Position numbers and translations under genes: made by a program. The notes below the pieces were generated by a model. That model had not been told where the DNA came from. It worked only from the letters and a program-made list of their open reading frames with translations, and made no database searches. From a virus, in IMG/VR virus record IMGVR_UViG_3300032246_001270: a stretch of DNA of 64,000 bases; one strand, given 5' to 3'. Positions 1 to 9,331 of this stretch are shown piece after piece. Position 1 is the stretch's first letter; the number at the start of each line of letters is the position of its first letter.

Positions 1-1741
1 ATGATGTTACACCTAACATTATTTGTTCAGTATTTCCTGCTTTAATACTAGCGCTTGTATTTGCTATATAAGTTGGTTTAATAGAAATACCTTTTGAGAT
101 AATATTAATTATTGTACCAAACGATGAACTGACTGATGCAGTGTAGTTTGTTGCAATATTTGCTATTGGTTCAATTACATCATTACCAATTTGTTTACTA
201 GCACTTGTATTAGATTTAAAATTAAATGAACCAGTACCATTTCCTAATATACTTAAAATAGCTGCATAAGATGAACTAATAGTATTTAAATCATATTGAG
301 TAGCTGATATAGATGATGTTATTTGTTCTGCTCCTAAAATATTATATGGAGAATCAAATCCATATCCTTTTATCGAACTTTTTGCTAATAGGGTTGGAAA
401 ATTAGTTACACCCTTATCAACAATTTCACTTATTAATCTATAATCAGCTGATATTTCATCTGCTGCAGTTGTTGATAATTCTGTACCAGCTGATACTATA
501 CTTTGTGTATATAATGCAGGTGATGATAATCGAATACCTTCTGCTGTATTTAATTTTGTTATTGTTGGTAATCCTTTTTCTAATCCTTTATTTAATACAT
601 CAACAACACAACCCCAAGTTGCTCTTACCGAATCTCTTGCAGCTATATTACCACCACTACCAGAAATAAAACGAGAACCAGACGCATACATACCATACAA
701 ACCAAACGAAATATTTGAGTTGTTTAGCGTAGCGTGTCCACCATTATTTACTCTAATTGCATAATATGAGAAGTTATTAAAAAAAGATACCAGCTGAATG
801 AATCCTCTACCATTAACTAAACATCCCACACCATTTGGAGAAATTTGCGTATAAGCATCCAATACCATTGAAGCCAATGGAGAATCTGGGTCTATCACAT
901 CACCATTAACATAAAGACCACCACCACCTGGCGGAATTTCTTCATAAAGTTCCGTAAATGAATTCTCTTGATTGGAAATCTGCGAGCAGTTCTGAACGTA
1001 TGGAGATGTTGTAATAAATGCACCAGGTTGGAAGGCCACAGCAAAACCTCTTTCAGGATTTACTTGGTCTGGATATAATCTCAAGCCCCCCATTGTCACT
1101 TCCGCAATATAACATCCAGAGTTTACTAAAAATAAATCATATGTAGGGTTTTTAGCGTTAATTTTGGTAATACGCAAACCAGCACCCCAAATGGTTGTAT
1201 TCTTAGGAAGTATCACAGGATTATCTTCTAAATAGGTTCCCGCTTGAACTTTAATTACATATCCATTGTATATTGAACCGGTATCAAAACCATATCTACC
1301 ATCATAGCCAGGTGTTGATAATGCAGCTGCTCTTTTAATTGTACGAAGCGGATACTGAATACTTCTACCATCGTTATTATCATTACCATCAGTAGAAGAT
1401 ACATAAAGTGTTGGTAAATTAGCACCAAAGTCTTTTGCAAGAATATCAGCATATCTTTGTGTATTTACTGCATTTAATGTATTTGAAGATGTTACAGAAA
1501 GAATTGTATTTGGTGCTGCAGTTTTTAATATACCATCAATGGTCAAAGAACCCGTAAGAAATATTGAGCCGGTTATTTCGTTAAAAGAGCCCGTATTAGT
1601 TCCTAAGAAAAAACTCTTAGATACAAAAAGAGAACCACTAATAATGGCATCATTACCTATAATAACATTTTGTCCAATAGTAAGTGAACCAGTTATATTT
1701 TGTTGTTCTTCAATTTGTTTACGAGGTATTAATCTTGCCAT
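1..1741 (-). CDS. Virion fibre/appendage protein with pectin-lyase-like beta-helix region (runs off the left end of the window)
   Basis: Not in the ORF track. ATG at 1741 opens MARLIPRKQIEEQQNITGSL..., with no stop before position 2. Contains LYVSSTDGNDNNDGRSIQYPLRTIKRA...IKVQAGTYLEDNPVILPKNTTIWGAGLR and TTSPYVQNCS, typical of phage beta-helix fibres. Confidence 0.7.
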   Translation of the reverse strand, partial: MARLIPRKQIEEQQNITGSLTIGQNVIIGNDAIISGSLFVSKSFFLGTNTGSFNEITGSIFLTGSLTIDGILKTAAPNTILSVTSSNTLNAVNTQRYADILAKDFGANLPTLYVSSTDGNDNNDGRSIQYPLRTIKRAAALSTPGYDGRYGFDTGSIYNGYVIKVQAGTYLEDNPVILPKNTTIWGAGLRITKINAKNPTYDLFLVNSGCYIAEVTMGGLRLYPDQVNPERGFAVAFQPGAFITTSPYVQNCSQISNQENSFTELYEEIPPGGGGLYVNGDVIDPDSPLASMVLDAYTQISPNGVGCLVNGRGFIQLVSFFNNFSYYAIRVNNGGHATLNNSNISFGLYGMYASGSRFISGSGGNIAARDSVRATWGCVVDVLNKGLEKGLPTITKLNTAEGIRLSSPALYTQSIVSAGTELSTTAADEISADYRLISEIVDKGVTNFPTLLAKSSIKGYGFDSPYNILGAEQITSSISATQYDLNTISSSYAAILSILGNGTGSFNFKSNTSASKQIGNDVIEPIANIATNYTASVSSSFGTIINIISKGISIKPTYIANTSASIKAGNTEQIMLGVTS

Positions 1742-1745
1742 TATT

Positions 1746-2132
1746 TTATACGATTTCTGCTATTTTTCCTTTTATTTCAAAATCCGTTGTTTTCACTTCA
1801 GCTGGTAATCTTGTTATACCTACTATAAATGTAACAAATATATTAGTATCATCCACTTCAACCGTATAACGGTCTTGCGGCTCCTTTACTCCAAATAAAT
1901 ATACATCAATATAATCTTTAACATTATCTACTGCTAAAATATCAAATATAAATTTTTTATTTACTAACGTTAATCTAATTAAACTTCTATCTTCATTTAA
2001 ATCAATATAATTTGGTATATATGAATAAATAAAAGTATCAGTATTAACTTTTAGAACAAACTTTTTAAAATCTGCTCTGTTTCTCAACTTTTGAGTTGTA
2101 TTAACATTTATATTTGGTAATCCTCTTGCCAT
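1746..2132 (-). CDS. Hypothetical neck-associated protein
   Basis: Tightly packed ORF. C-terminal IDVYLFG...DRY...FEIKGKI resembles the neighbouring ORF and the C-terminus of the gp15-like protein. Confidence 0.6.
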   Translation of the reverse strand: MARGLPNINVNTTQKLRNRADFKKFVLKVNTDTFIYSYIPNYIDLNEDRSLIRLTLVNKKFIFDILAVDNVKDYIDVYLFGVKEPQDRYTVEVDDTNIFVTFIVGITRLPAEVKTTDFEIKGKIAEIV

Positions 2133-2133
2133 T

Positions 2134-2490
2134 TTATAAAAATTTTTCTATATCTCCATTTACTTTTACTTCATCACTATCATCAATCACATATGGATTG
2201 CCAAATCTATCAAATTCAGGAAAATTTGTTTTTATAAATTTTATATAAAAATTATTTCCTTTATTTTCAAAAATATAATCATTTTCAGATATAAGTAATC
2301 CATTTATGAAAACATCAAATCTTGCTGATGGCTTTCTTAAATCAACTAATTCATAAAATAATGTTTTTTCTCTAATACCATCACCTTTAAATATCCAATA
2401 ATAGGGGTGCACTAAATCATAAGAAAATAATTCAAATTCATTTGGTTCATTAACCTCTTTCATTATATTTTTAAGTTGTCTTATATTCAT
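2134..2490 (-). CDS. Hypothetical neck-associated protein
   Basis: Tightly packed ORF. FDVFINGLLISENDY...DEVKVNGDI domain is shared with its neighbours. Confidence 0.6.
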   Translation of the reverse strand: MNIRQLKNIMKEVNEPNEFELFSYDLVHPYYWIFKGDGIREKTLFYELVDLRKPSARFDVFINGLLISENDYIFENKGNNFYIKFIKTNFPEFDRFGNPYVIDDSDEVKVNGDIEKFL

Positions 2491-2492
2491 TT

Positions 2493-3554
2493 TTATATTT
2501 CTTGAAATTTACCAGTTATTGCTATTTCATCTTGCGGTTCTATTATAAATGTTAAATCATGGAATACAAAAATTATTTCATTTGCAAATCCATCATAACT
2601 ATATGTGTAAAATGATGGTGATATAAAATCTCCATTTATATAAATTCTAAACCAGTTATCAGTATCAAATACACCTATCAACTCAGATGGTAGTATTGGT
2701 TTTTTAACATTAATTAATTTAACACTATTTGCATTTACAAATTCTGCCATTTGAGAACCTCTAACTGCTATAAAATCTATAACTTGTGCGTACTCATTAT
2801 ATAAAGATGGTTTTGTAAATATATTTCCTGTTAAATCCGTTTCAACGCCAAATACAATTCTTTTCTTTGTAAATTCTTTTCTTACAATTGGTTTTTCATT
2901 TTCAGTTTCAGGCAAAAGATAAGCATTTACATTCATAGTAAATGTTGTACGAATAATTCTTTCAGAGCCCTGTCCTACTTCTTGTGCAGTATCGAATGAA
3001 TCTATTCTTGTTCTAAAACGAAAACTATCTTCTCTACCCCAATATCTATCACTCTCATATTGAAATGCTTCAACAATCTTATTCATATGTTCTGTAAATG
3101 ATGTCCAAATCATTACTTCATATGCAACTGTTACATATGCAGGTACAGCTACACTATACATTTCCATCAGTGGTTGTACTCCACTTTCTAAACTAAATCT
3201 TTCATATCTATTTTTTGGTGAATACTTTTTAAAAGCGGGCATTCTAACTTGCTCTCTAAAGTGTTGAATACCATTATCTCTTTCTACTGAATTTCTTTTA
3301 AACATTACCAAAGGAATTTGTATTTTTCCTCTTTGGTCTCTTAGGTATCCATCTTTTCTAGCACCATTCCATCTTTCTGCATTTCCATATACTAATGGAA
3401 CTTTTACAACATTACCATGCTCCTCTAAATTTGGAATAATAGTATCTGCCATATATTGAGCAATAGTAGTATCAATATCAATAAGCTTTACACCTTTAAT
3501 ATATTGTTTATCTATTGATAATTGATTGGCCCTATTTGTATCCTTTCTTTCCAT
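2493..3554 (-). CDS. Tail terminator / tail completion protein, T4 gp15-like, with C-terminal extension
   Basis: VKVPLVYG, IPLVMFKR and VPAYVTVAYEVMIW...KIVEAF resemble gp15 motifs. Follows the gp13- and gp14-like genes in T4 order. Confidence 0.65.
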   Translation of the reverse strand: MERKDTNRANQLSIDKQYIKGVKLIDIDTTIAQYMADTIIPNLEEHGNVVKVPLVYGNAERWNGARKDGYLRDQRGKIQIPLVMFKRNSVERDNGIQHFREQVRMPAFKKYSPKNRYERFSLESGVQPLMEMYSVAVPAYVTVAYEVMIWTSFTEHMNKIVEAFQYESDRYWGREDSFRFRTRIDSFDTAQEVGQGSERIIRTTFTMNVNAYLLPETENEKPIVRKEFTKKRIVFGVETDLTGNIFTKPSLYNEYAQVIDFIAVRGSQMAEFVNANSVKLINVKKPILPSELIGVFDTDNWFRIYINGDFISPSFYTYSYDGFANEIIFVFHDLTFIIEPQDEIAITGKFQEI

Positions 3555-4015
3555 TATATTACTCTCATTTCAGTTTGTATTGTACTTCTTCTAGTCATAA
3601 ATGTAGAACATATAATTGAAAAGTGTTCTATATCACCAGTTCTACCACCAACTAATTGGTCTTCTTTTACATTATCAACTTCAAAATATGCATTATTATG
3701 AAAAATAATATCACCAATTTCAGGATATATATTTTTATCTTCTAGCGTAAATCTATTAAAACGAAATTCTGCAGTTTGACCTATATCAGAACCAAATCCC
3801 TCATAATTAGATTGAGTATCATCTCTCTGAATCATAGCATTACAATCAACTCCCTGATAATAGGTTTTGGAAAGCGATTCTCCATAGAGATTAGTCTTAC
3901 TATCTTCGACAATAAGTTTGTAAAGAATAACAGCTGTTGTTACAACTGCATCTACCAATTCTCTTGAGATTCCTTCAAAGAATCTTATATCTCTAGCTAA
4001 TGCAAATCTTGCCAT
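3554..4015 (-). CDS. Neck / head-closure protein, T4 gp14-like
   Basis: NLYGE, YEGFG and PEIGDIIF...FEVDNV motifs; lies between the gp13-like and gp15-like genes. Confidence 0.65.
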   Translation of the reverse strand: MARFALARDIRFFEGISRELVDAVVTTAVILYKLIVEDSKTNLYGESLSKTYYQGVDCNAMIQRDDTQSNYEGFGSDIGQTAEFRFNRFTLEDKNIYPEIGDIIFHNNAYFEVDNVKEDQLVGGRTGDIEHFSIICSTFMTRRSTIQTEMRVI

Positions 4016-4016
4016 A

Positions 4017-5180
4017 TTATCCTATATAAATTGCTAACGGAACTTTTCTTAACATTTCTTGATGTTGATTAGCTTCGTTATTACGGTTTTCAAATTGTAC
4101 TTTTCTACTAAGTTCTTCTAATGTTTCTCTCAATTGAGTCATTAGAGCTTCTTTTTCGGTTTGAGCTTCACTTCTTAATGCGGCTCCATCTAAACTAATT
4201 TCAGAACCCGGAATAGGAATTGTAGAATATTTTTCTCTAATAGCACCTAACATTTCTTTTACCAATGCTAATGTGTATTTTCTAATCCATTGCTTACCAA
4301 CATCATTAATACCACAATATTCAATAAAATCGTATCCTACATTTGAATAATCAGAAACTACATTTGGTGTTACACTTGTTGATTTTTCTATAAATTCTGT
4401 TCTAACAAAATAATCAAAAAATAATTTACCATATTGTCTTATTGTTGTTGAAGATGGTACTGGAAATACTCTAATTTTATTATCTACAATATTAAATGTA
4501 AATGCAGATTTTCTAAATTGGTCATTAAATTCAATTGCTTGTATTCTTAAAAGGTCTTCAAATACAGGCATTAATACAAATTGTGCTGCTGGAGAAAATG
4601 AACCAAAACCAAATTCATCAATTAAATTTAATGTACCCTGTCCACTTACTGAATAAGGGTCAAAAAATCTATTGATTGCCGGAACTGGTTCTTGGAATAC
4701 TTTTACAATATCTATTCTATTATTACTTTCAGATACATTTCCCCATAATTCCATTAAATCATATTCTTGTTTTCCTGCTACCAAATTAATATGTCCCTTT
4801 TTAATATCAGTATTACCACCAACTCCTGCTAAAGTCCCATATGCATCTGAAATTGCTATTAGTTGTGGTAAGTTTGTACCATTAACTAATTTTTGAGAAT
4901 AGTTTGTACCAGTCTTTTTACCCTTTAAAGAGTCTAAATTATTACGAATATTAAATTGATTGACTTGTGCACCATATTCAGATACGGATTCCTCAAAACA
5001 TGCATAGAAGTTTTCATCCTGCAATTCTACGTTTTGAATAGGGAAACCCAATCTTCTAGCACACCATAGTGCCATTTTAGGAGCATCTTCTTGGAAAGTG
5101 TAATCTTCATCGTATATTCCAAAAGGAGTTTGTCCCGGAAAGAATGATGATGAACCCGGATATATTAATTCTTGTGCCAT
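4017..5180 (-). CDS. Neck / head-tail adaptor protein, T4 gp13-like
   Basis: RRLGFPIQNVEL...ACFEES and WIRKYTLALVKEMLG...IPGSEISLDGAALRSEAQTEKEAL match the gp13 N- and C-terminal motifs. Confidence 0.8.
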   Translation of the reverse strand: MAQELIYPGSSSFFPGQTPFGIYDEDYTFQEDAPKMALWCARRLGFPIQNVELQDENFYACFEESVSEYGAQVNQFNIRNNLDSLKGKKTGTNYSQKLVNGTNLPQLIAISDAYGTLAGVGGNTDIKKGHINLVAGKQEYDLMELWGNVSESNNRIDIVKVFQEPVPAINRFFDPYSVSGQGTLNLIDEFGFGSFSPAAQFVLMPVFEDLLRIQAIEFNDQFRKSAFTFNIVDNKIRVFPVPSSTTIRQYGKLFFDYFVRTEFIEKSTSVTPNVVSDYSNVGYDFIEYCGINDVGKQWIRKYTLALVKEMLGAIREKYSTIPIPGSEISLDGAALRSEAQTEKEALMTQLRETLEELSRKVQFENRNNEANQHQEMLRKVPLAIYIG

Positions 5181-5207
5181 TTATAAGTACTTATTTTAAT
5201 CGTTACC

Positions 5208-5215
5208 TATAAATA
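5208..5215 (-). promoter_or_regulatory. Putative late promoter TATTTATA (representative of about 16 intergenic copies)
   Basis: Same or 1-mismatch octamer on the coding strand upstream of genes at 15447, 16830, 19281, 22390, 26307, 28160, 30490, 33921, 34395, 38087, 46272, 51449, 52421, 54397 and 59696. Confidence 0.6.
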
Positions 5216-5247
5216 TTAAGAATCAAAAGAATAGTGTTTAGAAAGAA

Positions 5248-6546
5248 TTATCGAACCCAATACCAAATAATGTTTGGATATCCCACACTAGCTGCTCCAA
5301 GCCAAGGTGCAACCGGGTCCCAATTACCAGTAACTAATGTTCCCCACCAATTACCATCAGCTCCATTTGTTGTTATGAATGCATTACCATCAGGTCCATA
5401 TGCACTTTCGTTAGTATAGAATGGCATACGGAATTCCACATTACTATCACCATACTCCCATGAACCCGTATCGGGTGCTTGTAATGTTCCACGATTGTAA
5501 TCAAATTTTTGTATTTGTGATATGTTTTTTCTCCACCCATTAGTGTTTTGGAATGGGTCTCCTCTATCAACATAAGGATTTGTACCTTGCGGTGTTTGTA
5601 TAAAACTATATGGAGATAATGCTGTATATGCACCTCCGTTATATCCTCTAAGATTTGCATCAAACATATAATCAAAATTAGATGCTGATTTCTTAATATA
5701 GTCCGCCCATCCAATGATACTATAATTTTGAGATATATTTGTTGGGTCAGTCGGAGGTGTTAAGGTATTTAGAGCTATTGCGTTTTCAAATGTCCAACCG
5801 GCAGAAGTACCATTGGCTAGGATTAATGTCCAACCACCACCCAATGTTGTCATATCTGCGTAAATTTGAAAAGCAGAACCACTATTGATATTAGGGTTTT
5901 GTATCCAATATAATCCATCTGCTGAAGCTGGGAAATCTGTTTTAATTTGATATGCTGATTCACCTGCTCTTAATTCAGTTGTACCATCGTTTGTTGGAGG
6001 TATTGGTGGATTTGCTGTAAATGTTATTTTAGTTTCTAATGGCGCTACAATATTTTTATACTTAAATGGTATATTAAATACTTCTCTATCATCCGTTGAT
6101 ATAAAATTGGTAACAGTATGTATCACATCCCAATCTTCTTCATTATTACTACCATACATTACCCAACTTTTAGGGTCTCTAGCAGGTTCATCATTTGCAG
6201 TCTTCCACTTATATCCAATAAATGCCGTAGGTTCATTAAAAGAAAAAAGAATTCTACTTCCACCAGATATAAAATTTAAATCTAAAAATTTATTTCCATT
6301 AGAAGTACTACCATTAACTAAATTGCCTACCACTTCATATGGAGGAGTTGCATGTCCATCTAATAATACAGGAGAAGTAACACCCATATTAGGTATAGTA
6401 TTATCCGCATTTATGAATTGAAATTGAGCTACCTGTACATATGGTACACCTCCTTTGTTATCAGTAATATGCCAAATATAATATTGGTATGGTACTAATA
6501 TATCCGAAACAGGTGCTTTTGATGTTAGTTGAAATGTAATTGGCAT
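5248..6546 (-). CDS. Putative virion decoration protein: discoidin/F5-8-like domain plus fibrinogen-like domain
   Basis: RDPKSWVMYGSNN..DWDVIHT (discoidin-like); DGLYWIQ...IYADMTTLGGGWTLI (fibrinogen-related YCDM..GGGW signature). Confidence 0.6.
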   Translation of the reverse strand: MPITFQLTSKAPVSDILVPYQYYIWHITDNKGGVPYVQVAQFQFINADNTIPNMGVTSPVLLDGHATPPYEVVGNLVNGSTSNGNKFLDLNFISGGSRILFSFNEPTAFIGYKWKTANDEPARDPKSWVMYGSNNEEDWDVIHTVTNFISTDDREVFNIPFKYKNIVAPLETKITFTANPPIPPTNDGTTELRAGESAYQIKTDFPASADGLYWIQNPNINSGSAFQIYADMTTLGGGWTLILANGTSAGWTFENAIALNTLTPPTDPTNISQNYSIIGWADYIKKSASNFDYMFDANLRGYNGGAYTALSPYSFIQTPQGTNPYVDRGDPFQNTNGWRKNISQIQKFDYNRGTLQAPDTGSWEYGDSNVEFRMPFYTNESAYGPDGNAFITTNGADGNWWGTLVTGNWDPVAPWLGAASVGYPNIIWYWVR

Positions 6547-6548
6547 AA

Positions 6549-8990
6549 TTAATCCAAATTATAGAATCCATTATCAATATTCCAAGCACCATCAACATAA
6601 ACTGCTGTTGCTAAAGAACGAGCCGAACCACCACTATCATCCCAAAATGGTGACCAACTGTAATTATATCTTGTTATACCAAGAGTACTTCTTAAACGAT
6701 TGAGCCAAATGTAAATACCATTAGGATTTGCAGTTCCATCCCCTTTAAGTGCAAATTTAACAACTTGTCCATCGTATAATCCATCAGGTAAAATCCAATG
6801 ATTATCGGTTTCTATTCCAGTTACATCCAATAAATGAATATCTTTTGTTATATCCAAAGTTGTTGCCCCACTATGACTACTACTAGCAAATGGTGCGTAA
6901 TTAACTTGCTGAATTAATGAACCGCTTATTATTTGATTTCCTATAAATGTATTAGAACCAGTTGTTGCTAAATTATATGCTCCAATAATATTACCAGGAA
7001 CAATCAATGAACCACTTGTATCAAATCTCCAATGATGTGTATCTAAATTAGTGCCTATAACAACATCACCAGCATTCTTTTCAATTTTAACATATTGGTC
7101 ATCATCACCTAAATATATATCAACAAGTGATGGGTCTCCAGATACTAAATGGATATGACTTTGTTCTGAACTACCACTACTACTTAATGAAATACTTTGT
7201 GATACGAAGAATACAAAATTATAAATTTCAAATGTGAATCCACTAATATCACTTAATGCTGGAATTGTCCAAGTTAATGTTTTAGTATATTCATCATTAT
7301 AGATAAGACTTCCACTTAATGATGTTCCCAATTGTTCTTGCGTACATCCCGTAAATATATAAGGAGCCGAACCACTTACTAAATAGTTGTTATTTGGAGA
7401 AAATGTTAGGGTTATTGTATCGCCTAAATAAAATCCTGATGGGTGGTCTGAATAAAGATTAGCTATACCAGTTTGCCTAACAACTAAACTTTGTCCAGCA
7501 GCTGCTCCAGCCGGTGTGATAATTATACTACTAGAATTTTCAGTAATACTACTACCACTTCCAAAATACATTGAACCACTAATAATTTGGTCACCTATAA
7601 ACACATTTGAACCAGTTGTTGCGTATGTTGTTGGAATAAATGCCGTTGTTTGTATTGATGAATCAGGAAATGTTAATTGTCCGCTACTTCCAAAAATCCA
7701 ACTGTTGCCGCCCACTTGTAGTGTGCTGGCATTTGATAAAGTGTTTGACAGCGTGTCTCCACTGAACACAAAATTGCCAAGACTAGCCCCACCACCTGCT
7801 CCAAATCCTAATGCGGTTATTTGATTTGAAGAAGATATAATACCATTTGTTGCTAATAAAGAACCAATAATAGTATTTGCTATAACCGAACCAGTTATAG
7901 TTTGGTCACCATAAAATATATTTGAACCAGTTGTTGCAAACTTACCTCTTTCAAATCCAAAATCAGTTTTTGTCCAAATATTAGTTGGTTCATAATCCAA
8001 CCAAGTTAGGGTCATTGTTTGAGTTCCACCAAGGTAATTACTATTCAAATTATCAATTTCACAATCCCAGTTATCTCCATCCGAATATACACCAGTCAAT
8101 ACATAAGTTGTGTTGCCAGAGGTTGTAATACTAAAACCATTACTATATAAATTTGGTACACCCGGTTGATTTTTTGGAATAGATACGTGGGTGGAATATG
8201 GTATGCTTTGATTTACAATTATCTGATATGTTTCGTAGATAAAACTACCAGAACAATAGTAAATTGAATTATTATCAATTTTTATAGTACCATTAATATC
8301 ACCCAAAGAACCAGTAAGATTTGTTGGTATATTACTACTACTTAAAATTAATGAGCCACTTAATATAATATCACCACCATCAATTATTAAATCTGAATTA
8401 AATGCATTTATATTTCCGTTATTAACTACCGTTGAAGATATGGTTAATGAACTACTAAGATTTAATGAACCACTTAAATTAATGTTACCAATAATGTTTT
8501 GATTTCCTCTAAAAATGTTTGAACCAGTTGTTGCAAATGAACCAGTATCAACTCCACTAAATGCAGATTTTGCCATTAAATTCCAATATCCAGTTTCAAC
8601 TGATGGTATTCTATTTAGGTTAGTTGCGGTACTTACACAAACATAAGATGAACCCTGATATTCTACGACCGTATTTAAATCACCATAAATAGCTTCCGAG
8701 TTCCAAGCACCTGCCCATGTAAACGATGAACCAACAGGTCCTTGAGAACCATTTGCACCGTTTACTCCAGAAGTTCCAGATGTACCATTTAGACCATTTG
8801 TGCCATTTAGACCATTTGTGCCATTTAGTCCATTTGTACCATTAACTCCGTTTACACCAGATGTTCCAGATGTACCAGCTACACCACTACCACCAATACC
8901 ATCAGGTAAATAAGATAATGGTACTTTACTACCACTATCTAATGGAGCATATCCACCGGCTCTACCTCTATTTATTTTACTTTCAAACAT
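6549..8990 (-). CDS. Fibre protein with collagen-like G-X-N repeats, a CBM5/12-like motif and four ATTGSN joints
   Basis: GVNGTNGLNG repeats; WAGAWNS...VVEYQGSSYVC; four copies of ATTGSNxFxGxQxIxG. Confidence 0.65.
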   Translation of the reverse strand: MFESKINRGRAGGYAPLDSGSKVPLSYLPDGIGGSGVAGTSGTSGVNGVNGTNGLNGTNGLNGTNGLNGTSGTSGVNGANGSQGPVGSSFTWAGAWNSEAIYGDLNTVVEYQGSSYVCVSTATNLNRIPSVETGYWNLMAKSAFSGVDTGSFATTGSNIFRGNQNIIGNINLSGSLNLSSSLTISSTVVNNGNINAFNSDLIIDGGDIILSGSLILSSSNIPTNLTGSLGDINGTIKIDNNSIYYCSGSFIYETYQIIVNQSIPYSTHVSIPKNQPGVPNLYSNGFSITTSGNTTYVLTGVYSDGDNWDCEIDNLNSNYLGGTQTMTLTWLDYEPTNIWTKTDFGFERGKFATTGSNIFYGDQTITGSVIANTIIGSLLATNGIISSSNQITALGFGAGGGASLGNFVFSGDTLSNTLSNASTLQVGGNSWIFGSSGQLTFPDSSIQTTAFIPTTYATTGSNVFIGDQIISGSMYFGSGSSITENSSSIIITPAGAAAGQSLVVRQTGIANLYSDHPSGFYLGDTITLTFSPNNNYLVSGSAPYIFTGCTQEQLGTSLSGSLIYNDEYTKTLTWTIPALSDISGFTFEIYNFVFFVSQSISLSSSGSSEQSHIHLVSGDPSLVDIYLGDDDQYVKIEKNAGDVVIGTNLDTHHWRFDTSGSLIVPGNIIGAYNLATTGSNTFIGNQIISGSLIQQVNYAPFASSSHSGATTLDITKDIHLLDVTGIETDNHWILPDGLYDGQVVKFALKGDGTANPNGIYIWLNRLRSTLGITRYNYSWSPFWDDSGGSARSLATAVYVDGAWNIDNGFYNLD
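8741..8890. repeat. Coding 9/18-bp tandem repeats (collagen-like G-L-N-G-T-N)
   Basis: ccatttagaccatttgtg unit repeated about 3 times within the fibre gene. Confidence 0.8.
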
Positions 8991-9003
8991 TCTTTAGTTT
9001 GTT

Positions 9004-9300
9004 TTATGCACCAGCGTATCCTGCTTCTGCCATTTGTTTAAGTCTTGCTACTGCTTGTGCAGTTGTCCAATCACCAATTGCATCGTATGTATCACCTTTC
9101 CATAATTCATACAATTTGTTATCATCAGTCATTACTGCTACAATCTTTCTAGCAGGATTATCCATAAATTTCTTAATAGTGATAACACCTCTTTTGATTT
9201 CTTGTCCATCAAATTGACGAGTTACAATTGGGTTTTCAAGTTGTACTTCAATTCCACCTTCAGGTTTTTTAGGGTCTGGGTTTGTTGTGTATTTTGCCAT
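9004..9300 (-). CDS. Hypothetical protein (possible fibre chaperone)
   Basis: 98-aa ORF between two fibre genes; LWKGDTYDAIGDWT motif. Confidence 0.55.
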   Translation of the reverse strand: MAKYTTNPDPKKPEGGIEVQLENPIVTRQFDGQEIKRGVITIKKFMDNPARKIVAVMTDDNKLYELWKGDTYDAIGDWTTAQAVARLKQMAEAGYAGA

Positions 9301-9331
9301 CTTATTGTTATTTTATTTTTTTGTTTGTTTA

